The notes under the pieces were generated by a model. It ran no database searches. It was not told where the DNA came from and saw only the letters and a program-made list of their open reading frames with translations. 64,000 bases of DNA from contig SVJQ01000005.1 of assembly GCA_015068905.1 (NCBI GenBank), forward strand, positions 35,746-99,745. The letters are read 5' to 3'. Positions 15,715 to 26,906 of this stretch are shown in pieces. The position numbers and the translations under genes are program-made. How positions within the stretch are numbered: position 1 is the stretch's first letter; each line of letters starts with the position of its first letter. This DNA is from Oscillospiraceae bacterium (lineage in GTDB: Bacteria > Bacillota > Clostridia > UBA1381 > UBA9506).

Positions 15715-17709
15715 ATGGATACGAAGCAAAAAGCAAAAGCCTATTATATGACCGGTGGCTATTATATTATCATTATATTCCTTATGGGTCTTATAACCTT
15801 TTGGTTTAACCACTATCTTGCAATAGCAGAGCTTATTGTTGGTGCTATTTTGTGCATTGTCAATTATATATACAAAAAATATACTGAAAAAAGAATTTCG
15901 GATATGTTTGAGGCTATGACATTGCAAATCGGCTCAGAAACACAAAACGCTTTAATGCATTTTCCGCTTCCTGCTGTGCTGATTGAAAAGGATGGCAGAA
16001 TCAAGTGGTTTAATGAGCTTTTCCTGCGTATGACCGGCGAACAGCACCTGTATGACAAAAGTGTTCACGCAGTGATTCCGGGGCTGGTTTCAGAGAGCTT
16101 TGCAACAGATTCAAAGGAGTCAATTTATACGACAGTTACCTTTAACGATCGCACCTTCAGGGTCTTTGGCAGCCACTCTCAGCAGGATGATAAAAAAAGC
16201 GGCTTTGTGGTTTTGTATTTTGATGAAATCACCGATTTTGTCAAACTGCAGCAGAAGTATATTGACGAAAAGACGTTTGAATGTCTTGTGTTTGTTGATA
16301 ACTACGACGAACTCATGGAGTCTGTGGCAAGAAACGCAACACCACAGCTACAGGGTCAGATTTATAAATATATCAACGACTGGGCAGAAGCCAATGGCGG
16401 CGTGCTGATTAAGTACGAAAAAGACAAGTATTGCATTTTGTTTGAATATGCACGGTTGGATGATTTTGTAAAAAGCAAGTTTGATATTTTGTCTCAGATC
16501 AGAGGTATCTCAGAGGGTAATACCATTCCTGCCAGCGTCAGCATTGGTATTGGCTTAAATGGTAAGGATATTGTGGAAAACGACCAGTTCGCAAAAGCGG
16601 CTGTTAATATGGCTTTGGGTCGCGGCGGCGATCAGGCAGTTATTAAAGATCAGGATCAGTTCCGCTTTTATGGCGGAACCAGTAAAGAATATGAAAAGAG
16701 TACCCGTGTTAAAGCGCGTGTGGTCAGCTATGCCCTTAGTGGCCTGATTACAAGCGCGGATAACATTATTGTTATGAGCCATAAAAACGCGGATGTAGAC
16801 TCGTTGGGTGCTGCCTTTGGTGTTTACAGATTATGTAAAATGCAGGATAAGCCTGTCAACATTTTACTTGAATCTTATGACCAGACAGTTAAAAATATGT
16901 TGAGCCGTCTGGAAAATATTGAAGAATATGAGGGCTTGTTTGTCAACAGCCAGCAGGCTATGGCGAAAAGCACGCCCGGCACCCTTTTTGTGGTTGTGGA
17001 TACCCACAAGCCGAGCTTACTCGAAGCACCTCAGATTTTGCCTAAATCAAAGCAGATTGTAGTCATTGACCACCATCGTCGGGGTGCGGAGTTCATTGAC
17101 AATACCGCTCTTATATATCATGAGCCCTATGCATCCTCTGCCTGCGAAATGCTGACAGAAATTCTGCAGTATTCTGCCAATAAAATGTCTTTAACCAAGC
17201 TTGAGGCAGAGTGCCTGTATGCCGGTATTGTGATTGATACCAAACACTTTACCTTTAAAACCGGTGTCAGAACTTTTGAAGCGGCGTCTTTCCTTCGCAA
17301 GCAGGGTGTTGACACGGTTGCGATCAAAACTATGTTCCAGCAGGATTTGTCAACCTATATCAAGCGTGCAACCATCATTCGTGATGCTGAAATATTCCGT
17401 GACCATATAGCCATCAGCAGCTATAAAGAAGATGAGAAAAACATGAACATTGTTGTGGCGCAGGCGGCAGACGAACTGCTTAATATTAAAGGCATCACCG
17501 CATCTTTTGTTCTTTATAAGACCGGAAACGGTGTCAGCATCAGCGGTCGTTCATTGGGTGGTATCAACGTACAGATGATTCTGGAAAAACTGGGCGGCGG
17601 CGGTCATATGACCATTGCCGGTGCACAACTTTCCGATGTGTCACTTTCTGATGCAAAAGAACAGCTTGAGCAGGCGATTGACGATTATTATCTTGAAACT
17701 GTGGATTAA
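15715..17709 (+). CDS. gdpP: cyclic-di-AMP phosphodiesterase GdpP (DHH/DHHA1 family)
   Basis: Two N-terminal TMs, PAS-like and degenerate GGDEF region, DHH (VVIDHHRR) and GGGH motifs. Synteny with rplI. Confidence 0.9.
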   Translation: MDTKQKAKAYYMTGGYYIIIIFLMGLITFWFNHYLAIAELIVGAILCIVNYIYKKYTEKRISDMFEAMTLQIGSETQNALMHFPLPAVLIEKDGRIKWFNELFLRMTGEQHLYDKSVHAVIPGLVSESFATDSKESIYTTVTFNDRTFRVFGSHSQQDDKKSGFVVLYFDEITDFVKLQQKYIDEKTFECLVFVDNYDELMESVARNATPQLQGQIYKYINDWAEANGGVLIKYEKDKYCILFEYARLDDFVKSKFDILSQIRGISEGNTIPASVSIGIGLNGKDIVENDQFAKAAVNMALGRGGDQAVIKDQDQFRFYGGTSKEYEKSTRVKARVVSYALSGLITSADNIIVMSHKNADVDSLGAAFGVYRLCKMQDKPVNILLESYDQTVKNMLSRLENIEEYEGLFVNSQQAMAKSTPGTLFVVVDTHKPSLLEAPQILPKSKQIVVIDHHRRGAEFIDNTALIYHEPYASSACEMLTEILQYSANKMSLTKLEAECLYAGIVIDTKHFTFKTGVRTFEAASFLRKQGVDTVAIKTMFQQDLSTYIKRATIIRDAEIFRDHIAISSYKEDEKNMNIVVAQAADELLNIKGITASFVLYKTGNGVSISGRSLGGINVQMILEKLGGGGHMTIAGAQLSDVSLSDAKEQLEQAIDDYYLETVD

Positions 17710-17741
17710 ATGTGAAATTCTACTGAAGGAGTGTATCATAC

Positions 17742-18188
17742 ATGAAAGTAATATTAACAGCTGACGTTAAAGGACAGGGCAAAAAGGGCCAGATGATTAA
17801 TGCGTCAGACGGCTATGCAAGAAATTTCTTACTGCCGAAGGGCTTGGCCATTGTTGCCGATAAAAGTGCTATGACAGAGCTTGAAAGTAAGCAGAGCGCG
17901 GCAGCCTATCATAAAGAGCAAGAGAAAAAGCAGGCTATGGAGCTGGCTGAAAAGCTGAATGAGGCTGTGGTTACATTTACAGCCAAGGCCGGCGAAAACG
18001 GCAAGCTGTTTGGTTCCATTACCGCCAAAGATGTTGCAGAAGAACTGAAAATGCAGTGTCATTTGGTGATTGATAAGAAAAAAATTCAGCTGCCTGATGG
18101 CATCAAAACCCTTGGTACAACCATTGTGACAGTTAAAGTATATCCCGAAATTACGGCTAAGATAAAGGTCAATGTAAATGCCCAGTGA
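17742..18188 (+). CDS. rplI: 50S ribosomal protein L9
   Basis: MKVILTADVKGQGKKGQ...GYARNFLLPKGLA. Confidence 0.95.
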   Translation: MKVILTADVKGQGKKGQMINASDGYARNFLLPKGLAIVADKSAMTELESKQSAAAYHKEQEKKQAMELAEKLNEAVVTFTAKAGENGKLFGSITAKDVAEELKMQCHLVIDKKKIQLPDGIKTLGTTIVTVKVYPEITAKIKVNVNAQ

Positions 18189-18201
18189 CCGGAAAGGAAA
18201 C

Positions 18202-19536
18202 ATGATGGAAAACGGTGTTCCTAAGGTTATGCCTCATAACAAGGAAGCGGAGCAGTCTATTTTAGGTGCTATGCTGATAGACGCAGAGTGCGTCACCTTG
18301 GTGTTTGAGCATTTAAGTAATAAAGATTTTTATATTGAAGCAAACCGGCTGATTTTTGAAGCTATGCAGGCTCTTTTCAACCGCGACTCTGCCATTGACC
18401 TTGTAACGGTTTCAGAGGAGCTGACCCTGCGAGAACAACTGGCAGCTGTGGGCGGCGTTGAATATCTTGCATATCTTGCTTCAACACTGCCGACAACGGC
18501 GAACCTGAAGCAATATCTTGACATTGTGCAGGATAAGGCTTTGCTCAGACGCCTGATTCACGCTTCAGGTGAGATTATGGATATGGGCTATTCCCCGGGG
18601 GCGGCATCTAAAAACATTGCAGATGAGGCAGGACGCCTGATTTTTGATGTCCTTGAAAATCAGGAACAGCGCGGTATAGTACATATTAAAGATATCTTGC
18701 TTCAAACCCATGATTCTCTGGCTGAAATCTATCAGAACCACGGCAAACTCACAGGTGCGCCTACCGGTATTACAGAGCTTGACAAGGCGCTGTTTGGCTT
18801 GCAGAAGTCTGACCTTATTCTGATTGCGGCAAGACCGTCCATGGGTAAAACCAGCTTTGCGTTAAACATTGCAACGCACGCGGCAGTTCATGGCAATGTG
18901 CCTGTTGCAATTTTCAGCCTGGAAATGTCAAGTGTTCAGCTCGTATCCCGTATTATCAGTTCTGAAATGCTGATTGACAGTAACCACCTGCGAACAGGTG
19001 AACTGACTGATGACGATTGGGAAAAGATAGCGGCATCCCTGTCAACGTTAGGCCAGGCACCGATTTATATCAACGACTCAACCAATGTTACAATCAGTGA
19101 CATTCGCGCCAAGTGCCGGAGACTTAAGGTTGAAAAGGGCCTTGGTCTTGTGGTGATTGACTATCTGCAGTTAATGCAGGGCACTCGTCCTGAGAACCGA
19201 CAGCAGGAAATTTCAGATATTTCCCGTTCTCTTAAGATTCTGGCAAAGGAACTGAATGTTCCGATTATTGCTCTTTCTCAGCTATCCCGTGCACCTGAAC
19301 AGCGTGCAGAACATCGCCCGATGCTTTCTGACCTGCGTGAATCCGGTGCCATTGAGCAGGATGCGGATATTGTAATGTTTTTATACCGTGATGACGTGTA
19401 TAACCCTGACACTGAAAAGAAAAATGTGGCAGAATGTATTATTGCCAAGCACAGAGCCGGCGAGAGGGGAACGATTGAAATGTTCTGGGCGGGGCAGTAT
19501 ACACGTTTTATGAATCTGGATAAACATCGTGATTGA
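18202..19536 (+). CDS. dnaB: replicative DNA helicase
   Basis: PHNKEAEQSILGAML, Walker A ARPSMGKTSFALN, and the RecA-like C-terminal domain. AAAGGA RBS before the ATG at 18202. Confidence 0.95.
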   Translation: MMENGVPKVMPHNKEAEQSILGAMLIDAECVTLVFEHLSNKDFYIEANRLIFEAMQALFNRDSAIDLVTVSEELTLREQLAAVGGVEYLAYLASTLPTTANLKQYLDIVQDKALLRRLIHASGEIMDMGYSPGAASKNIADEAGRLIFDVLENQEQRGIVHIKDILLQTHDSLAEIYQNHGKLTGAPTGITELDKALFGLQKSDLILIAARPSMGKTSFALNIATHAAVHGNVPVAIFSLEMSSVQLVSRIISSEMLIDSNHLRTGELTDDDWEKIAASLSTLGQAPIYINDSTNVTISDIRAKCRRLKVEKGLGLVVIDYLQLMQGTRPENRQQEISDISRSLKILAKELNVPIIALSQLSRAPEQRAEHRPMLSDLRESGAIEQDADIVMFLYRDDVYNPDTEKKNVAECIIAKHRAGERGTIEMFWAGQYTRFMNLDKHRD

Positions 19537-19537
19537 T

Positions 19538-20899
19538 ATGTTAGAAAAAGTTAAAAAAACGATTTTAGAACATAAACTTATTACGCAAGGCGACAAGGTG
19601 CTGGTTGCCCTTTCGGGTGGGGCAGACTCTGTTTGTTTGCTTGTATGTTTACTTGCCCTTGCAGACGCTTTAAACCTGTCTGTTTCAGCTGCACATGTGA
19701 ATCACGGCCTGCGTGGACAGGATGCTGACCGTGATGAAGAATTTGTCCGCTCCTTGTGCGATGAACGGGGTGTGCCATTGTATGTACATAGGGCAGACGT
19801 GTCACAGGTTGCCAAGGAAAGAAAAGTAGGTCTTGAAGAAGCCGGCCGTTATGTGCGCTATAGTTTTTTTGATGATTTGATGAAAGAGCATGGCTTTGAT
19901 AAGATTGCCACAGCTCATCACGCAGGGGATGCTATTGAAACGGTGCTGATGCGACTGATGCGTGGAACAGGGATTTTGGGTCTTGCCGGCATTCCGTATC
20001 AGAACGGTGCTGTTATCCGTCCGCTTCTGGACACAACAAGGCAAGAGATTGAAGCCTTTTTAGAGAAACAAAATCTTTCCTACCGGACAGATTTATCAAA
20101 TTATGAAACAAACTTTACCCGCAATCGGGTGAGACACGAACTAATCCCGCTGATTGAGGAAAAGTTTAATCCGGGGTTTGCCCGCTCTTTTCAGGAGCAG
20201 ATAGGGTTGTATGCCGACTGCAGTGCATATATACAAGAAGAGGCAGAAAAACTTTTTGTACGCACGGCAACTTTTGTGCCGGGGGGCTATGGTTTTGCGT
20301 GTCAAAAGCTTTTGAATGAAAATGAGTTTGTAGTCAGCACAATGCTACACCTGAAGGCAACAAAAGTTACCGGAGGGGAGGTTTCTGGTCAGCATATTCG
20401 CAGGGTAATGGACATTTTAAAAGCGCAATCCGGAGCGGTAACTTTGCCCAAAGAGGGGCTGGCAGAGGTGTGTCACGGTGTCTTGTATATTCGTAACGAC
20501 ATAAGTGTAAAGGCGTTTGCCTATACATTTGAAACTAAGGTTTTCATCCCTGAGGCGGATTGTTATATTACAGTCAAAGAAAAGGCAGAAAAGCCTCAAA
20601 AACGCGGTAGAAACGTAGCTTGCCTTGATGCGGAAAAGCTGAAAGGTAAGAAACTGATGGTTAGAAATCGTGCCGCAGGGGATGCTTTTTATCCTACCGG
20701 TATGGAGGGTAAAAAGAAGCTGCAGGATTTTTTTGTTGACCAAAAGGTACCATATTTTATGCGGGACAGGATTCCGATTTTGACCGCAGATGATGAGATT
20801 GTCTGGATTGCAGGCTATCGCCCTGACAGACGTTTTGCAGCAACAGACGAAACAAGCGCAGTTATCTGCGTAGAGATACATAAGGGGGAGCAATTGTGA
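19538..20899 (+). CDS. tilS: tRNA(Ile)-lysidine synthase
   Basis: PP-loop VALSGGADS. Conserved tilS-hpt-ftsH order. The start (ATG at 19538 or GTG at 19529) is uncertain. Confidence 0.9.
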   Translation: MLEKVKKTILEHKLITQGDKVLVALSGGADSVCLLVCLLALADALNLSVSAAHVNHGLRGQDADRDEEFVRSLCDERGVPLYVHRADVSQVAKERKVGLEEAGRYVRYSFFDDLMKEHGFDKIATAHHAGDAIETVLMRLMRGTGILGLAGIPYQNGAVIRPLLDTTRQEIEAFLEKQNLSYRTDLSNYETNFTRNRVRHELIPLIEEKFNPGFARSFQEQIGLYADCSAYIQEEAEKLFVRTATFVPGGYGFACQKLLNENEFVVSTMLHLKATKVTGGEVSGQHIRRVMDILKAQSGAVTLPKEGLAEVCHGVLYIRNDISVKAFAYTFETKVFIPEADCYITVKEKAEKPQKRGRNVACLDAEKLKGKKLMVRNRAAGDAFYPTGMEGKKKLQDFFVDQKVPYFMRDRIPILTADDEIVWIAGYRPDRRFAATDETSAVICVEIHKGEQL

Positions 20900-21444
20900 A
20901 ACATTTAGAAGAAAACATTGAAAGAGTTTTACTGACTAAAGAGGAAATTGCAGCAAAAGTTTGCGAAGTTGCAGAAGAAATGGGAGACTTTTACAAGGGT
21001 CAGGAAGTCGTTATGGTTTGCATCTTAAAGGGTAGTGTAACCTTTTTTGCTGACCTTGCAAGAGAAATTCCCTTTCCTGCAGTGTTTGACTTTATGTGCG
21101 TTTCAAGCTACGGCAGCGGTTCTGTTTCAGGCGGCAGTGTTCGCATTTTAAAGGATTTGACAGTTGATATTACTGACAAGCATGTTGTGATTGTTGAAGA
21201 TATTTTAGACACAGGCAACACCCTTTCTGCCTTGTTTGAACAGTTAAAGGCAAGAAAGCCTGCTTCTTTGAAACTGTGCTGTCTGTTGGATAAGCCCGAC
21301 CGTCGGACAAAGCCCATTAGTGCTGACTTTTTGGGTTTTACTATTCCCGATGAGTTTGTTGTGGGTTATGGCCTTGACTACAATGAAGCATACAGACAAC
21401 TGCCTTATGTAGGCATTTTAAAGCGTAGTGTGTATGAAAAATAA
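20896..21444 (+). CDS. hpt: hypoxanthine phosphoribosyltransferase
   Basis: VVIVEDILDTGNTL PRPP motif. GTG start after GGGGGAG, overlapping the tilS stop. Confidence 0.9.
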   Translation: MKHLEENIERVLLTKEEIAAKVCEVAEEMGDFYKGQEVVMVCILKGSVTFFADLAREIPFPAVFDFMCVSSYGSGSVSGGSVRILKDLTVDITDKHVVIVEDILDTGNTLSALFEQLKARKPASLKLCCLLDKPDRRTKPISADFLGFTIPDEFVVGYGLDYNEAYRQLPYVGILKRSVYEK

Positions 21445-21558
21445 GTGAATTTCAAATAAAAAATGAATAGAAAGTAAAGTTTTTTGATATTCCTTGTAAT
21501 TTATCTTGTTTTGTGTTAAACTAAATTCTATTCTAAAAGTCCATAAGGAGTGACAGAC

Positions 21559-23463
21559 TTGAAAAAAAAGCATCTGGGCGGCATAGGGTTTTATATTTTG
21601 CTGTTCTTAATTGTTTTACTTATGTTCGGCATTTTTAATTATGAACCGGGCATAAAAAGTATTCCGTATTCTGAATTGCTTTCTAATATTCAAAAGGGCA
21701 AGGTGTCAGAGCTGATTCTGACAGACCGTACGGCAACCATTACGCTTTCCGGTGTTGAGATGAAGCGCCCCAATGACGATAAACGTGTTTCTGATATTGC
21801 CTCCATATATATTCTGTATGAGGATGCAGGCGACGCCATTCGTGAGCAAATGAACGCAGGTAAACTGAAGGTAGAAACGCCGGCACCGCAGGAAATGCCA
21901 TGGTGGCTTTCGCTGTTGCCTACGCTACTCACGGTAGGTATTTTTGTTCTGTTTTGGTTTGTGTTTATGCGCCAGTCACAGGGTGGCGGCAAGGTGATGT
22001 CTTTTGGCAAAAGTAATGCAAAGGTGAACCAGAACGGAGACACACAGGTAACTTTTCAGGATGTTGCCGGTGCTGACGAGGAAAAGGCTGAACTCGAAGA
22101 AATTGTAGACTTTTTAAGAGATTCATCCAAGTTTATTGAGCTTGGTGCCAGAATCCCTAAGGGCGTTTTGTTAGTGGGCCCTCCGGGTACCGGTAAAACT
22201 CTGCTTGCAAAAGCCGTTGCAGGAGAGGCAAAGGTGCCGTTTTTCAGCATCAGCGGCTCTGACTTTGTGGAAATGTTTGTGGGCGTGGGTGCATCCCGTG
22301 TGAGAGACTTATTTGAAAAAGCCAAAAAGAATGCCCCCAGCATTATCTTTATTGATGAAATTGATGCTGTTGGCCGTCACAGAGGTGCAGGTCTTGGCGG
22401 TGGCCACGATGAACGTGAGCAGACCTTAAACCAGCTTTTGGTTGAGATGGACGGCTTTGGCGTTAATGAAGGTATTATTATCATTGCAGCGACCAACCGC
22501 CCGGATATTCTGGACCCGGCGCTTCTGCGTCCCGGTCGTTTTGACCGCCAGGTTGTTGTTAATTATCCTGATGTAAAGGGCAGAGAAGCGGTGCTTAAGG
22601 TGCATTGCCGTAAAAAGCCTTTGGCTAGTGATGTTGACCTTTCTGTTATTGCGAAAACCACATCCGGCTTTACCGGTGCGGACCTTGAAAACCTGATGAA
22701 TGAAGCGGCACTGCTTGCAGCTAAGCAGGGCAAGAAGAAAATTGAGATGGCAGATATTGAGAATTCTATCATCAAAGTCATTGCTGGACCGGAAAAACGG
22801 TCTAAATCCGTTACGGATAAGGAAAAGAGACTGGTTGCCTATCACGAGGCAGGTCATGCCATTACTCATAAGCTGATGCCTGATTGTGACCCTGTTCACG
22901 AAATTTCCATTATTCAGCGCGGTCGCGCAGGAGGTTATACGCTGTCCCTTCCTTCGGAAGACAGAAACTATATTTCCAAACAGCATATGTTGGATGAACT
23001 TGTGACCCTGCTTGGTGGTCGTACAGCTGAAAAAATTGTACTGGGTGATATCAGCACAGGCGCCTCTAACGACATTATGCGCTCTACTAAAATTGCCCGT
23101 GATATGGTTATGAAATATGGTATGAGTGATGTCTTAGGGCCTATGACCTTTGGTTCTGATAACGATGAAGTGTTCCTTGGCAGAAGCTATAGTCAGAACC
23201 GTGATTACAGCGAACAGGTTGCATCAGAAATTGATCAGGAAGTCAGACGGATTATTGATGAGGCATATAAGCGTTGTGAAGCCATGCTGACAGAGCACAG
23301 AGAACAGCTTGACCGTGTTGCTGAGGCTTTAATTGAGAAAGAAAAGCTTTCCGGCGAAGAATTTGAAGCAATTTTTGCCGGCAAAGCTGAGGATACTCCC
23401 GAAGTAGTAGAAGAGGCTGCATCAGAGGCGGAAACAGATGTACCGGAAGCACCGGTAAAATAA
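21559..23463 (+). CDS. ftsH: ATP-dependent zinc metalloprotease FtsH
   Basis: Two TMs, AAA+ Walker [12 protein letters not shown], and HEAGH zinc site. TTG at 21559 lies 8 nt after AAGGAG (the GTG at 21550 overlaps the RBS). Confidence 0.95.
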   Translation: MKKKHLGGIGFYILLFLIVLLMFGIFNYEPGIKSIPYSELLSNIQKGKVSELILTDRTATITLSGVEMKRPNDDKRVSDIASIYILYEDAGDAIREQMNAGKLKVETPAPQEMPWWLSLLPTLLTVGIFVLFWFVFMRQSQGGGKVMSFGKSNAKVNQNGDTQVTFQDVAGADEEKAELEEIVDFLRDSSKFIELGARIPKGVLLVGPPGTGKTLLAKAVAGEAKVPFFSISGSDFVEMFVGVGASRVRDLFEKAKKNAPSIIFIDEIDAVGRHRGAGLGGGHDEREQTLNQLLVEMDGFGVNEGIIIIAATNRPDILDPALLRPGRFDRQVVVNYPDVKGREAVLKVHCRKKPLASDVDLSVIAKTTSGFTGADLENLMNEAALLAAKQGKKKIEMADIENSIIKVIAGPEKRSKSVTDKEKRLVAYHEAGHAITHKLMPDCDPVHEISIIQRGRAGGYTLSLPSEDRNYISKQHMLDELVTLLGGRTAEKIVLGDISTGASNDIMRSTKIARDMVMKYGMSDVLGPMTFGSDNDEVFLGRSYSQNRDYSEQVASEIDQEVRRIIDEAYKRCEAMLTEHREQLDRVAEALIEKEKLSGEEFEAIFAGKAEDTPEVVEEAASEAETDVPEAPVK

Positions 23464-23472
23464 AGATTTTTG

Positions 23473-23510
23473 GCAGGCTGTAGCGAAGGTTACAGCCTGC
23501 TTTTCTGTTT
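23473..23510 (+). terminator. rho-independent terminator after ftsH
   Basis: GCAGGCTGTA-gcgaaggt-TACAGCCTGC followed by a T-rich run. Confidence 0.75.
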
Positions 23511-23599
23511 TGTTTAAAACATCGTAAAATACTACATTGTTGCATGAAAAAGTATAAGTTTTTTATCGAAAAAATAGTAGGAAGTTAACAAATAAATAA

Positions 23600-23628
23600 T
23601 TGATTTTTTTATATTATTGTGGTATAAT
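23600..23628 (+). promoter_or_regulatory. sigma-A type promoter for hisS-aspS
   Basis: TTGATT, 17 nt, TGgTATAAT. Confidence 0.55.
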
Positions 23629-23782
23629 GAACGCATGCTTATTTTAATTTTTATAAGTGGCGTTCATTGCACCATAATTTTTCTTGAATTGATTTTTATA
23701 ATGAAAAATTATGGGATAATAAATTGAAGACATAGTATGTTGAGAATTTTGTCTTTTGACAATAAGATAGGAGTCATTGCGT

Positions 23783-25051
23783 ATGCAAATTAAGGCACCG
23801 AGGGGAACTCATGACGTTCTGCCTCAAGAATCATATAAATGGCACAAAATTGAAAGTACCATCAAAGAACTCTGTCAGGATTTTGATTATAAAGAAATCA
23901 GAACCCCTGTGTTTGAGCACACAGAGCTTTTTGAACGTGGTGTGGGCGAAACCACAGACGTTGTGCAGAAGGAAATGTACACCTTTTTAGATAAGGGTGA
24001 CCGTAGCATTACTCTGCGCCCTGAGGGTACCGCTTCTGTTGTACGAAGCTTGGTTGAGCATTCCATTTATGCACAGCCCCTGCCTGCAAAGCTTTATTAT
24101 GTTACCCCTTGCTTCCGTTATGAGAAGCCTCAGGCAGGTCGCCTGCGTGCGTTCCATCAGTTTGGGGTAGAGGTGTTTGGCGCTGAAGATGCAGCACTGG
24201 ATGCTGAGATTATTTCACTGGCACTTGAACTGTTCCGCCGCTTGGGCGTAACCGGCGTTGAGCTTGAAATTAACAGCATCGGCTGTCCTGAATGCCGCAA
24301 GGCATATAACCAAAAGCTTCGGGATTATTTTAAGCCGCATCTTAACGATTTGTGTGAAACCTGTCGTCAGCGTTATGAAAAGAATCCTTTGCGTATTTTA
24401 GACTGTAAGCAGCAGAGCTGCAAGGATATTTATAATTCAGCACCCATTCTTCTGGATAATATCTGTCCTGATTGTGAATCACATTTTGAACGCTTGAAGG
24501 CCTGCCTTGATGTGATGGGTATTCCGTACACAGTAGACGGTACGATTGTTCGCGGTCTTGACTATTATACAAGAACCGTGTTTGAAATTGTTTCTAAAAA
24601 CATTGGCGCTCAGGGCACAGTTTGTGGCGGCGGTCGCTATAACGGTCTGGTTTCAGAACTTGGCGGACCGGAGCTGCCTGCTGTTGGCTTTGGCCTTGGT
24701 ATGGAGCGGTTGCTGCTCTTACTTGAAAATTTGGAAATTGACTTAGGCGGCGTTGATGCGGCAGATTTATACATTGGTCACATTGGCGAGCGTGCTGATT
24801 TGTATGTTCAGAAGCTGGTTCTTGACCTGCGGCGTCAGGGTGTATCTGTTTGCCGCGACTATATGAATCGTAGCGTTAAAGCGCAGATGAAATATGCTGA
24901 TAAAATCGGCGCAAAATATACAATGGTGCTGGGCGATAATGAAATTGATGAAGGCCTGGCAAAACTGAAAAATATGGAAACCGGCGACACGACAGAGGTC
25001 AAGCTTGATACTCTGGGAGATTTTTTTAAACAGCTTGGAGGAGTAGAGTAA
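23783..25051 (+). CDS. hisS: histidine--tRNA ligase
   Basis: Class II aaRS motifs (KAPRGTHD, RPEGT, FRYE.PQ.GR.R.F.Q, GGGRYD-like GGGRYN). Confidence 0.95.
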   Translation: MQIKAPRGTHDVLPQESYKWHKIESTIKELCQDFDYKEIRTPVFEHTELFERGVGETTDVVQKEMYTFLDKGDRSITLRPEGTASVVRSLVEHSIYAQPLPAKLYYVTPCFRYEKPQAGRLRAFHQFGVEVFGAEDAALDAEIISLALELFRRLGVTGVELEINSIGCPECRKAYNQKLRDYFKPHLNDLCETCRQRYEKNPLRILDCKQQSCKDIYNSAPILLDNICPDCESHFERLKACLDVMGIPYTVDGTIVRGLDYYTRTVFEIVSKNIGAQGTVCGGGRYNGLVSELGGPELPAVGFGLGMERLLLLLENLEIDLGGVDAADLYIGHIGERADLYVQKLVLDLRRQGVSVCRDYMNRSVKAQMKYADKIGAKYTMVLGDNEIDEGLAKLKNMETGDTTEVKLDTLGDFFKQLGGVE

Positions 25052-26836
25052 ATGGAAACATTAGCAGGACTCAAAAGAACACATAAATGCGGTGAACTGC
25101 GTAAAGAAAACGTGGGCGCAGAAGTAACCGTTATGGGCTGGGCACATGCTTACCGCAACTTAGGTGGCGTCATTTTCGTATATCTGCGTGACCGCAGCGG
25201 TATGGTACAGCTTGTTTTTAACGAAGAACAGAATAAGGAAATTTTTGAAAAGGCAGAAACCATTCGTAATGAGTTTGTATTAGCTGCTGTTGGTGAGGTT
25301 GTGCTTCGTGATGCAGCAGCAGTTAACGACAAGGTTCCTACCGGCGATATTGAAATTACTGTTAAAGAACTCAGGATTCTGTCCAAGGCTGAAACACCGC
25401 CGATTTATATTGAAGAAGATTCTGACGTGCGTGAGGAAGTGCGTCTGAAATATCGTTACTTGGACCTGCGCCGTCCGGATATGCAGCGCCTGATAGAACT
25501 CCGTCACAGAGTTTGTAAAATTGTTCGTGACTATTATGATAAAAACGGCTTTTTGGAAATTGAAACCCCGATGCTGACCAAGTCAACACCGGAAGGTGCC
25601 AGAGACTATCTGGTTCCCAGCCGTGTGCATCCCGGTCATTTCTATGCATTGCCGCAGTCACCTCAGCTTTACAAGCAGCTGTTAATGCTCTCCGGTATGG
25701 ATCGCTATCTGCAGATTGTAAAGTGCTTCCGTGATGAGGACCTGCGTGCAGACCGCCAGCCTGAATTTACTCAGATTGACCTTGAAATGTCATTTGTTAA
25801 CGTGGATGACGTATTAGAAATCAACGAAGGCTTAATGAAGGTTATTTTTAAAGAAATCTTAGGTATTGATTTAAAAACACCCTTCCGTCGTATGACCTAT
25901 CAGGAGGCAATGGATCGCTTCGGTTCAGACAAGCCTGATACCCGTTTTGGCTTTGAGCTGGTTGACTTGTCAGATATTGTGAAGGATTGTGGTTTTAAGG
26001 TATTCACAGACGCTGTAGCCGGTGGTGGCAGCGTGCGTGCCATCAACTGCAAGGGCGGTGCGGCAAAATTATCCCGCCGTGACCTTGACTCTTTGGTTGA
26101 CTTTGTTAAAATCTACAAAGCCAAGGGTATGGCATGGATGACTGTTGAAGAAGAAGGTATCAAATCTTCTATCGCTAAGTTCTTAAGCGAAGATGAAGTT
26201 AAGAACATTCTTGCAAAGACAGAAGCAGAAGCCGGCGACATCATTATGTTTGTTGCAGACAAAAACAGTGTTGTTTATGACGCTTTGGGTAACCTGAGAC
26301 TTGAGCTTGCCCGTCGCTTTGATATGCTGAAAAAGGATGAATATGACCTTTTATGGGTAACAGAGTTCCCGCTGTTTGAGTACAGCGAAGAAGAGGACCG
26401 CTATGTTGCAAAGCATCATCCCTTTACCATGCCGATGGACGAGGATATTCCCCTGCTTTCAACTGAACCTGAGAAAGTCCGTGCTAAGGCTTATGATATG
26501 ATTTTTAACGGCAACGAGGTTGGCGGCGGAAGCCTCCGTATCTTTAATACAGAACTGCAGCAGCAGATGTTTGAAGCCTTAGGCTTTACCAAAGAAGAAG
26601 CATGGGAACAGTTTGGCTTCCTTATGAATGCATTCCGTTACGGCACACCGCCTCATGGTGGTATGGCATACGGTCTTGACAGATTGGTTATGCTTCTTGC
26701 CGGTCGTGATTCTATCCGTGACGTTATTGCATTCCCCAAGGTTAAGGACGCATCTGAACTGATGACCGAAACCCCGGGTACGGTTTCGGCTAAACAGCTC
26801 GAAGAACTGCATCTTAGCCTGCAAAATATAGACTAA
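25052..26836 (+). CDS. aspS: aspartate--tRNA ligase
   Basis: OB-fold N-terminus, FRDEDLRADRQPEFTQ, GGGSLRI and PPHGG motifs. Starts immediately after the hisS stop. Confidence 0.95.
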   Translation: METLAGLKRTHKCGELRKENVGAEVTVMGWAHAYRNLGGVIFVYLRDRSGMVQLVFNEEQNKEIFEKAETIRNEFVLAAVGEVVLRDAAAVNDKVPTGDIEITVKELRILSKAETPPIYIEEDSDVREEVRLKYRYLDLRRPDMQRLIELRHRVCKIVRDYYDKNGFLEIETPMLTKSTPEGARDYLVPSRVHPGHFYALPQSPQLYKQLLMLSGMDRYLQIVKCFRDEDLRADRQPEFTQIDLEMSFVNVDDVLEINEGLMKVIFKEILGIDLKTPFRRMTYQEAMDRFGSDKPDTRFGFELVDLSDIVKDCGFKVFTDAVAGGGSVRAINCKGGAAKLSRRDLDSLVDFVKIYKAKGMAWMTVEEEGIKSSIAKFLSEDEVKNILAKTEAEAGDIIMFVADKNSVVYDALGNLRLELARRFDMLKKDEYDLLWVTEFPLFEYSEEEDRYVAKHHPFTMPMDEDIPLLSTEPEKVRAKAYDMIFNGNEVGGGSLRIFNTELQQQMFEALGFTKEEAWEQFGFLMNAFRYGTPPHGGMAYGLDRLVMLLAGRDSIRDVIAFPKVKDASELMTETPGTVSAKQLEELHLSLQNID

Positions 26837-26906
26837 CAATTATGGGGCATCAGGATTATTTTCTGATGCCCTGACAAATTTAGCAGAAAAAATCGGGAGG
26901 GTATAC

